A DNA stretch of 40,614 nucleotides. Source: Octopus bimaculoides (Eukaryota). Positions 22,901-34,900 of the stretch are shown here, one piece after another; within the stretch, counting starts at the first letter, position 1; each line of letters starts with the position of its first letter. The stretch is from assembly GCF_001194135.2 (NCBI RefSeq), contig NC_068981.1, positions 85,416,610 through 85,457,223 on the forward strand, read 5' to 3'. The translations under genes and the position numbers were made by a program. The notes below the pieces were generated by a model. The model was given only the letters and a program-made list of their open reading frames with translations. It ran no database searches and had not been told where the DNA came from.

Positions 22901-25900
22901 AGTGGGACTGAACCTGGAACCATGTGTTTGGAAAGCAAACTTCATACTACACAGCCATGTTTGTGTCTACAAGGTTGACATCAGACCAAAAAATGACTGG
23001 TTAATAATGGTTAGTCACACTGACATAAGCCCATAAAATTACACAGAGACACATTTGATTGAATCAACCAAACCTATAACTGATAAGAGGTTTGCCAACA
23101 TATTGAAGGATGAAAGTAAAAGTAACAGGATTAGAATAAGAAATGTAGTGAAAATGGTACACTCCTTCCAACGTGACAACGTAGTATGAATTAGCCACTA
23201 TAAAGTCAGACAGCCAGTCGGAGTAGTCGTTGTATGAGTTATCAGTTGGAGTCAGTGCCAGTTACATGATATATATGAGTTTGAGTTACCATCAAGGTAG
23301 ATATTTCAAAGTCGTTGTCTTGCAGAGCTATCAGATAGACAAGTCAAAGACAAGACACAGAATACTACAACAACATAATAGTTGCAACAAGAATATTATG
23401 GTGCTGATGACAACCTACAAGTGGATGAGGATCCACCTTATAACAGTGGTGACAAGGATATAAATAATTCCCATGGACAACATTGAAAAACAAAAAAAAA
23501 AAAATTCTTTTTGTCACAAGAAAATAATTCACTCGTACAACATTGGAAAGTTTTTCACGTGGAGAAATTAAAAACTAGACAGAAGAGTAACAAGCATTTT
23601 TGTTGTATATATTTTACAAAAAATGCATAAAATTATGGAAAACTTGTTAGAAAGTATAGTTGAGTTGCAAAAACAGCAACAACAACAATAAACGTTACAG
23701 TAACAAATGCTACGACTAATGAAGTTGGTAACAAAACCACAAAATATGTTTTCACCAGACCATGTAGCAAATTCAAAAAATGAATTTAAACATGGAATAC
23801 TACCGAAGATTTGAGCAAATTTTAAAAAAGTAAATGCCAAGATTGGACAGACAACATGAAAACATGTCTAATTCTGAGGAAACTGGCGATGATAGAGCAT
23901 GAGAAATACTTGCCTAAAAAAGTATGACATAAATTCTACGGACCCAAATGACATTTTCTGTAGGATGTTTAGTGAAAAAACATCATTGTTCAACACGTTA
24001 GAAGTGTTTGAACACTGAGAAAAGCGATGATGAAGACTTTACCATATATGCGGATAAAGTGAACAGAGGGTGCAAGAGGGTGTGATCAGGTAATGCGTAT
24101 GGTTGAAGACAGCAGCATTAAAAAAAAGTGTCAGTCTCTAAATGTAGAAGGAACCTGATGTTCACGAGGAAGGTGAAATCAGTTTTTGATAAACTGTTAC
24201 CTGGCAGGGAAAGAAAAAGTACAAGGAAAGACAACCCAAAATTTTTCAAAATCGGTGACAAGGTGTACATGAGATCATATAAAGATAGAAAACAATACTG
24301 GGAAGAAGGAAAAATTACAAAGTACAAAGGGGAAATGATGCAATTAAATGAAAAGGTATTGAAAAAGACACAGAAACCAATTGAAGAAGAAATTCATAGA
24401 GAATGAACTAGACAGCTTGCAAGAACCTATGGAATGGCTGTATGACACATTCCAGGTACCAACACCGTTACAGGTGGTTGAACCCATGCGTACAAGTGGA
24501 AGAAAAAGGAAGAACAGAGTTCCTACAAATAGACACCAAAAAGAAAGAATATTAAACTGGAAAAAAAATGCTAAAAAGGGAGAAGGGATGAATAAAGTAA
24601 AATAAAATTACTTGCTCCCCCCCCACCAAAAAAAAACTAAAAGAGGAAATGTTATAGTGAAAATGGTACACTCCTTCCCATGTGACAAAGTGGTATGAAC
24701 CAGCCAGTCAGTCATTGTAGCAGGTCAGTAGTAGCAGAGTCATTGTACGAGTTCTCAGTTGGAGTCAATGCCAGTTATGTGATATATAGGACTTCGAATT
24801 ATTTCAAAGTCATTGTCTTGCAGAACTATCAGTGATAGCATGATGGACAAGTCAAAGATAATACGACACAGAATACTGCCACAATGTAATAGTGGTGACA
24901 AGAATATTACAGTACTAACAACAACATACGAGTGGACAAGGAGCCACATTATAACAAGTACTGAAAGGAATTTGGCCCAACCCTCTACTTGAACTGCAAT
25001 ACTCCAATTAGTTTGGTTAATCATCATCATCATCATCATCGTTTAGCGTCCGCTTTCCATGCTAGCATGGGTTGGACGATTTGACTGAGGACTGGTGAAA
25101 CCGGATGGCAACACCAGGCTCCAATCTAAATTTGGCAGAGTTTCTACAGCTGGATGCCCTTCCTAACGCCAACCACTCAGAGAGTGTAGTAGGTGCTTTT
25201 ACGTGTCACCTGCACGAAGGCCAGTCAGGCGATACTGGCAACGGCCACGCTCGAAATGGTGTCTTTTATGTGCCACCCACACAAGCCAGTCCAGGGGCAC
25301 TGGCAACGATCTCGCTCGAAAATCTTACGAAGGCCAGTCAGGCGGTACTGGCAACGGCCACGCTCAAAAGTTGTTTTATTTCATTGAGAAATCTATGCAT
25401 TATATTTCCATTTAAGTAAAACATGTTTACACCTTAGTACAATTTAAAACATTATTTTTATTGCAGTTTCTCAAAGTGCTCTCAAAACAATTTCTTGCAC
25501 AATTTCTAATGAGAATTATCATTATAAGCAAAATAAATAAGTTATAATTGAGAACCAAAGTGAGATGAAGAATTAGGATCATTGGAAGTTTACTTCCACA
25601 TGACTTTTGGTAATTTTATTAATGTACCTTCTAGATATAGTTGTCATTTAGTCTCTAGCCAACACAGGTTGCGCAATGTTATGATCGAAGACGTTTCAAT
25701 CATGATCATCTAGCCTTTTTAGAGATATCTGAAACCACACCAATGTTTATTCTCCATTTTAAAGAGACATTTGGTGGCTATTTATCACATTTAATCCTTC
25801 TGATGATATCAACCCACCTGAGACTATCCCTGGTCCTATAACACAAATTTCTGGTTTTCAAGTGATTTTAAATTTTTAAAAAACCTTTTAACAGAATTTC

Positions 25901-28900
25901 CTGTTAATTTATGTTCGAAAAACCAGATTAATAATAACAAAGGCAACTTCTAAATCCTTCAGTACTTTCAAAATTGATTGAAAGAAAGGCAGAGTATTTC
26001 AATAGATATATCACGGTGAAAAAGTTGAATTCAACACAAATAAAAAGAATTTCTGTCTAAGGGAGACAACTATCATATATTTCAAAATGGGATAAAAATG
26101 AGAATTTAATTTCTTACTTGTCCAAAATATATCATTTTCAAGAAATTTCTGAAATACTTAATTCATAAAACAAATATGTTTTATAAAATTAAATTAGAAA
26201 AAGGCTAAAATCGAAACTATTTTCCAAGTATAAAACACTGAAATGAAATTTTTGAAATATTAAAATTAACTTCCATTGAAATTCACAAAGTAAAGAAACT
26301 GAAACTATTTGAAAAGATATGTTTTTTTAAAATAAAATTTCAATTCAAATCTTACTACTTAGTTCATTGAAAATATCGGCTTTATAAATGTGAAATTGAA
26401 AAAAAACATTTGAATTGAAATTACATTATCTTGCTACCATCACACGTATTGAAAATATAAAAGACAAGAAACTAACTTTGCAAGTTCATCTTCACCAAGG
26501 CCTCTCGGGTTTTTTATGGTAATAGCAGGCACATCATTAGGATACTGAAATACAATGACAAATACAAAATTAAGAAAAATTGAAGCCAATTTCTTTCGCC
26601 AACCTCGCACTACAGCTAACATTGCAAACCTGTACAACATGTTGCATGGTCAGGACAAGGGTTGCTAGAAATAGAGCACAACAAAAACCAAGTCACAAGG
26701 ACGGATGAACACACTCTTTTACTCGTTTCAGTCATTTGACTGCGGTCATGCTGGAGCACCGCCTTTAGTCAAACAAATCGACCCCAGGACTTATTCTTTG
26801 TAAGCCTAGTACTTATTCTATCAGTCTGTTTTGCTGAACTGCTAAGTTACGGGGACGTAAACACACCACCATCGGTTGTCAAGCGATGGTAGGGACACAC
26901 ACACACAAACACACATACATATATATATATACACAACAGGCTTCTTTCAGTTTCCGTCTACCAAATCCACTCACTAAGCTTTAGTCGGCCCGAGGCCATA
27001 GTAGAAGACACTTGCCCAAGGTGCTACGCAGTGGGACTGAACCCAGAACCATGTGGTTGGTAAGCAAGCTACTTACCACACAGCCACTCCTGTGCCTGTA
27101 GGATTAATGGTCATCACTGTAGGATTAATGGTAATCTAGGAATAACAAGAGGACCACTGGATGTGAGATGACCCTTAACTTTCATGAAAGTATGTTTCTA
27201 GGAGGTTACTGCTAAAAAAATATCTGAGGAATGCTTCTCAACAAGTTATGCCAGACTGCACCATTTTTCTGCAATCAGTTTCATATGCAGCAGGTTCTAC
27301 ACAAGCTCTCATCACTATAAACAAATCATTTGTGTGGATAATTAAAAAGTTCAGTATAGTTCTGTCATATTAACACCTCACAAAAGACACAAAACATTCA
27401 AATACAATTTTTGTATTGAATTGTTAGATACTCATAGGCCAAGACCAACGCGAGTTCATCATATATGAGGAAGAGGAGGTGGGATGGATAGATTCACACA
27501 CACAAATTGTCACTCGGTTTACACAGTAGATTTGTTCTGAAATCAAAATGGCATAAATCAAGGGATATACATTTTTAAGAATATTTTGAATAAAATGATA
27601 CAAACGAAAAACAATAAGCTGACCTATCAAATTTTGCTATTACAGATTGAAAGGGACAGCTGCAACAGCACTTTAAACACACCCTAGTAAACACTACTTG
27701 TTACAGCTGACTAATTTACAGAATGTAGCTGGGGAAATCTGGAAGCTCACTGTGCAATAAGGTTTGGTGTTAAACTGAGCAAAAACACTACAGAAACTTA
27801 TGAAATGCTCCAGGCTGCTTATGGGTTAAGTTACATGAACCAAGCATCCGTTTTACACTGGCATAGGAAACTAGGAAAACTAAGTCCACCAGGAAGCATA
27901 TGATGATCCCTTTTTTCTACAGCAAGAGCATCATCTACATCCACTTGGTACCCTCTGGCCAAACTGTTAACAAAGAGTACTTTGTGGAAGATTTTGAGGG
28001 GTTCAGGAAGAGATTTCATCACAAACAGTTAAAGCATTTCCACAATGTACCAGTCCACAATTCCATCCTGGTAACCAACTACTTGGCAGGGATGGGCATC
28101 AAAACTATCCCTCACCCTTCCAACAGTCCAGACCTTGTTCCTTGTGGGTTTTGGCTATTCCATAAGCTGAAGGAGAAGATGAAAGCAGTTGCAACAAGAG
28201 TCGTGGACACCTTCACTTTGGAGGACTTCATAGAGTGATTGGAGCACTACAATAAATGCATTGAGGTCCAAGGAGCCTACTTTGAAGGAGATTAGTTTTG
28301 TACTTCATGGGTCGGATAGAATTTTGTTGAGGCAGATTTTCTATGGGCTGGATGTCCTTCCTGTCACCAATCCTCACCAGTTTCCAAGCAAGGTACTATT
28401 TTCTCATAGCTAAACATGTTTTTCACAGAAGACTAGAAATGAACAGCCTTGCTTGTATCACAATAACACAACTATCACAATATCTAGACAAGGGTACACA
28501 CATGTGCATGCATGTGTGTGCGAGTGGCTGCAGAGGTATGCAAAGACTTGTTTGAAAGAAACGAAGCCAGCAAGCTATGCAGGATATGCAATGTTAGTGT
28601 GCATGTACAACAAAGTACAAATATGTTGCAAGAAAAATTGGGTATAAGAGGCATCAGATATAACGTGCAAGAGAGAAGACTGAGCTGGTGTGATCAGGTA
28701 ATGTGTATGGTTAGAGACAGCAGCATAAAAAAAAGTGTCAGTCTCTAAATGTAGAAGGAACCTGTGGAAGAGAAAGACCAAGAAGAACGCAAGATGAAGT
28801 AGTGAAAACTGATCTAAAAAAGCTGAACCTCATAGAGATGACATAGGACTGAGACAATTGATAGTTTACTTCACTTGAGAAGACCTATCCAGCTAAGTAA

Positions 28901-31900
28901 AATGAAGGCTATAAAGACACTTCCTTTATGTCGATGCCCCCACCCCAGCATACAATCTGTTGCTGACAAACCTCTCCCCACATCCCATCTTCCCAACAGC
29001 TACCCTTCTCACACCATGTTCACCATTCACTATACTTCTCTCCATCTTCCAATCCCCCCTGTTGACTCTCTTCCCCACAACATATCCTCCTGACAACCTC
29101 TCCCCCTATTTTTGTCTGCTCACTACATTCCCTCTCTTCTGATTCTCACACTTCCTTCGCAATCTTGCAAACTTAGCCACCTACTCACCCTATCCAATCC
29201 TTAGTCCCACTTGCTCCTTCAGCTTTCTCTCTCTCTCTCTTATTGGATTAGCCATGAATCTCCTTTACTTCAAGACACCTGTTTCTGTACCTCTAAAGGA
29301 GCACTCTGTCGGTTACGACAATGAGCGTCCCAGCTGATACAATCAACGGAACAGCCTGCTCGTGAAATTAACGTGCAAGTGACTGAGCGATCCAGAAGGC
29401 ACGTGTACCCCTAACATAGTTCTCAGGAAGACTCAGTGTGACACATAGTGTGACAAGGCCAGCCCTTTGAAATACAGGTACTACTCATTTTTTCCAGCTG
29501 AGTGGACTGGAGCAACATGAAATAAAGTGTCTTGCTCAAGGATACAACGCGTCGCCGGGAATCGAACTCAGGACCTTACGATCATGAGCCGAATGCCCTA
29601 ACCACTAAGCCACGTGCCTTCTGTACCTCTACTCATACCCTAACTTCTCATCTGGCAAAAAGCTCCCTTCCTCAATATCACTCCCCACCCCTCAGTTGAG
29701 GAGTTTTGTCCCGTACGTTATTTTGTGAACTCAGTGCCGCTGGTGCCATGTATGAAAAAAACGCCCAGTACAGTTTGTAAAGTGGTTGGCATTAGGAAGA
29801 CATCCAGCTGTGGAAACCATGTCAAAGCAGACAGTGGAGTTTGGCACAGTCTTCTGACTTGCCAGCTCCTATCAACAGCATGAAAAAAACAGGCATTAAG
29901 TGATGATGAAACAAAGGAGGGCTTCTTTGAGATTCTGTCAACCAAATCCACTCACAAGGTTTTTTGGTCAGCCTGGGACTACAATAGAAGACACATGCCA
30001 AATGTGTCATGCAGCAGGACTAAACCCAAGACAACATGGTTGGGAAGCAAGCTTCTTAGCCACACAAGTATATCTGCACCTCACTCTCTTTCTATATGCA
30101 CACACACACACACACATAACAAAATTATTAACAATCTCCCTTTAATAAGTTAAAGCTGTCAAAGAAGATACAGCAAGAATCAGTTATAATTTACATCAGC
30201 ATAAATTATCCGAAACGTTTAAGTTCCATTCTTTTTTCCTTTTATCCTTTCATTTGTTTCAGTGGTGCTAGGGCTCCACTGCCTTGAAGGATTTTTAGTC
30301 AAATACTCCAGTACTTTTTTTTTTTTTAAAGTCTAGTACTTATTCTGATGATCTGTTACTGATCTCTTTTGCCGAACTGCTAAGTTACAGGGTACATAAA
30401 CACACCAACACTGGTTGTCAAGCCATGAAGGGGACAAACACAGGCACAAAGACAGACACATATACGATGGGCTTCTATCAGTTTCCATCTACCAAATCCA
30501 CTCACAAGGCTTTGGTTGGCCCAAGGTTATGGTAGAAAACATTTGTCCAAGGTGCCACACAGTGAGACTGAACCTAGAACCATGTGGTTAGGAAGCAAGC
30601 TTCTTACTGCACAGCCATGTCTGCACCTACAAATTAATATCAAATTAAAAATAAACAGTAGTAAAATTAAACAAATGGTAAAAATCCTTCTTTGCTACTT
30701 ACATTTTCAGGTAAAGAAAGCTGTAATGTTAAGCAGACAAATTGTTTTTGTACATCATCTCCAGTAGACGGATACAACTGGCAGGTTATTTGTTGTACTG
30801 AACCACTGCAAATACAAAAATTATAATTATTAGATTAATCTAAGTTTTCCTATGAAGAGAAGTGGATGAAAAGTTTCTTTGAAGCAGGTGCATGGATTGT
30901 CTCTGTGTCTCTAGCTCAAAGTGATGAACCCAACACTGACCCTAAGTTAGAAAACATTCAAGGAGACTAGCTGGATCTGCCTAAAACAATGTCAGATTTT
31001 CCAATGATGTAATCAGCCTGGTATGCTTTTGATCAGATGTCAGAAGATGTGGTACCAACCGAGCAGAAACCTTTTGTCATGCCAAGTTCATTGTGCAGAA
31101 TATTCTCAACTCTCTCATGGAATATGCTAATATCATTGGCTATTTGATATATAGTCAACTGCTTGTCATCTACCACGATGTGGTGAACACAATCAATGTT
31201 TTCCTCAGTGGTGGCAGTTGCAGGACATCCAGACCCTGGGTCATTTTCAAAACTGTCCCTTCCCCTCCTAAATTCAGCTACCCAATATCACACTGTTGAT
31301 AAAGCTGGAGCATCATCCTCTAATGTAGCAATCATGTCAGTATGAATGTTGTTGGGTGCTAAACCCTTTCTCTGCAAGTACTTGATAATATCACAATGCC
31401 AAATTTTGTCCATATTCAAGAGAAGTCACAACTAGTTACTTTTGAAGTCTTCCTTGAACAGTCAGATGTCAGTTCATCTGGAAAGAAACAATAATTAATA
31501 AGAAGGGTCGAAATTAATGCATGCAAGATTTCACAGCTCTAGCATCACTCCTTCAAAGTCAGCCTGTGAACTTTTCAGCTTACTCTCATAGAAGACTTCC
31601 TCAGCAGGATTGATGAATGCAACTATGAGTATGATCTCACCTGCTGCATTATAGTGGCTGTGTGAATTTAGTAGTGCTGCAGTCATTTGTGTAACCCAAA
31701 CCTAAACTAAGCTAATCTTTCCCCTTTACCTCTGCCAACTTTACTACTCTCTCTCTCACACACACATTATTCTTTTTGCAATCACTTAATGTTGACATCC
31801 ATCAATCTCTTTCTACCATCACCTGGTCACCCTCCCACCCCTCTTTTTCTACCACACCACTTATGTTGTTTCTTCTATTCAATCTTATCACCAATAACAT

Positions 31901-34900
31901 ATAGTTATTACTGTTTCTTCAATCACCCTCTTACATCTATCACTGTTTCTCTTACACCATACTCTCTCTTGTATCACCCCCATGCCTTTCCCTACTTTAC
32001 TCATTATACTCTCTCTTCTCACTATCTCACCTCTATTTCACTCATTTATTCACCCTTGCAATCATTTTGGCTTGAACAAATGAAGACAATGCAGAATAGA
32101 CAACTCTTAATCTTGCAAACAAGGGAATTTCTGTAGTGCTAATGTCATGATAAATGCTTCAGTACATTTTGTAAGCTGACTAATGTTAGAAAGGACATTC
32201 AGATACAGAAATTGTATCACATTCTGGGATGTGCAAATGAAATACAACCCCTGATGCATCTTGGAGAAACCTCAAATAAGAACTAACTCAGGTTGTGATG
32301 TGTCCAATTCATGTGAGCAAGCATAAGCAGAAATGTAAAATGATAAGAATTGCTTACAAAACCAAAACAAATGTAAACAGAAGATCAAGTAAGCCTTACC
32401 AATCATCTCTTTCAACAGTCAACTCATTTATGTAGATGGACTCTAAAATATCAAGTTCTTCCGAAAATCCACTGAAAATAAATGAATAAATTGATTAAGC
32501 AGAGAAAAATAAATTGACCTTTGATAGTTTTTTTGTCAACAAACACAAAATGGAACAGATTATTTTAAAGGGATTTTGTTTATTATTGTAGTTTTTTTTT
32601 ATCTTTTGGTTCTCACAAAGGATGAGGTTTTTTAAGCAATTGACAAATCTTGATTAAAGATTTTATTGCAATTCATGTTCTACACACAGATTTCCTTTCT
32701 ACTGGCAACTCCCAAAGAAGAGACACTTGTTCATTCCTCCAGATCTAATGCAGACTTTATATCCATATACAGATAAAATAATATGCCTTCACTTGAATCC
32801 TAGTAGACTAACTAAAGTTAACTTCAAACAGCTTTTCATATTTGTGTTTGTTAGCCTGTTGACAGCCCCCATAATTTGGTGGTTGAGCAAAAAGCAAACT
32901 GTGGAATAAGTATTACACTTGAAATAAGTATTGGGGTCAAAGTGATCAACTAAACCCTTCAAGGAAGTGTCCCAGCATAGCTACAGTCCAATAACATTAG
33001 CCACTCGCATGTTGAAGTACTAAGACAAAAATAGTGATTGAAACTTCAAGGCAATATTTCTTACTTAAAGTCAGTTCTGTTCCAGATACACAAGTATTTT
33101 CAGCTGATTGCTGGTACTTGGTTACTAGATGACAACTTACTACTGAAATAGCAAAATAAAAATCCAATCTAATACATGGGGTACAGACTCTCAAATTCTT
33201 TTTTCTTAATAAATTAAGAAATGAAAGTCCAGGTGAACATCTTGAAACTTTTCAAATGCTTTTAAAAACGTCCACCTATGTTTTCAATATTTCACTGACT
33301 ATGGACCAGTGGCTTTCTTCATCTTCCACTGCACAGTTGTCAACTTCAGTAGCTGGTCCATCTGCTGGAGATCAGCTATCAAAGATGGTCTTTTGGAGTA
33401 GTCCCTCTCTCTCACAGTGTCCTCAACATTAAACAATCTCTTGTAATAGCATTTTAAAGGTTTTACTCACTGTCAATGAGAGTAAATGAGTCTCGGCCAT
33501 TCTGAATATACCACTTTGTAATCTAGAATACTTCATGCTTCTGATCCTATTGTCACAGAAAATAGGCAAACCTCCAGCTTTTAGCTACTTCATATTATTC
33601 CTGACTCCCATTTCTTTCCTCCAGCCTCTCCAAATCAGTCTCTTAGCTTTTAGACGCTATCTGTTGTACCATTCTGTGACTATGTCATTTTCCATCTGGT
33701 TACTACCTTGCCTCAGTCATGTATTAGATCTGTGGTTTACAGCAGGTTCCCTAGCAGAAACTCTCAATCATCTTCTATGCCATAAATCTCCATCTCCTCC
33801 TCCTTAACATACACACCACCTACGTCTCAGAACTTGTATTCAAAAGAACAATTTTAAAGTTTTACATACTTCATGTAAGATAGTCTTGAGTCTTAGAGCT
33901 CATCTAGCTTTTACTCTGATTTCACTATTCTTTATGCTGAGTGGTGCATTCTTTACTAAGGAAAGACTTAGTATTTACAACCAACTGTTCATCCCATTTT
34001 CTGGTATGTCTGTAGTGTATCAGGCTTATATGTTCAACTAAGTGATAGGTGTTCAAGTAGCTAGACAATTTCCTAAAGTTAGTGTTGCAAATGATTAAGT
34101 AATTCATATTACAAAACTCCAAGTGCTTTAATTCTTTGTATCCTATCCACAGCTTCCATGTAAACCAGAATAGCCATCTTGTTGTTGTCCATCATTTCCA
34201 TTTAAGTCACCAGCTGTGATGAGGCTGCATTTATTTGCTACTGAGGTGGTCTGCAAAAGGGCCTCAGAGAAATCCATGGTGCATATACAGAGATCACTGC
34301 AGTTTTTACATTGCCTTTCATTAGTACAAGCTTAATTACCCTAGCATATATTCTGACTACTTCAATTATTTTATCCATTCCTCTATCAACAAAATGTCAA
34401 CTCCACCCGCTTCAAAGAATTTGTTCTTGTGTTCCTTGCCTATCATGAATTCCAGGGTGACAGAATCATCATTTGCACAGTATTTTCTGGAACTTGAATT
34501 AACATTCTCAGGTGTTTTTGTTGTTTTTTTATACCAAACTGTAATGATGATACTTTTATCAAGACAAATATGACCATGTTTATAATAACAAACATGATCA
34601 GTGGAAAACAAATCTCAATACAAATAGTATTTCATTAGCAATTATTAAATGAAATGGCATGAAGGAACCACAACACAAATGACAAGTTCTGGGAAGGTGT
34701 TGTTATTGTGAAAACTCTGCATATATGCCAACTTCTAGCAAATGTGATACATATTCATGCACACCTCTTCATCTGGATTATAGAGAGCTATTGGAAATTT
34801 GCCCCTAGCAAATAATGGTACTGTTGGGACTTTGTGATGCAGACTTTCCAAAAGAAGAATTAAATTGGCATGATGTTGTCATGCACATATGGTATGGTGC

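Noticed and set aside
25685-25730. Minus-strand GAAACGTC with Penelope-like context
   Set aside because: The core and stem II are too decayed to support a ribozyme call; at best a Penelope relic.
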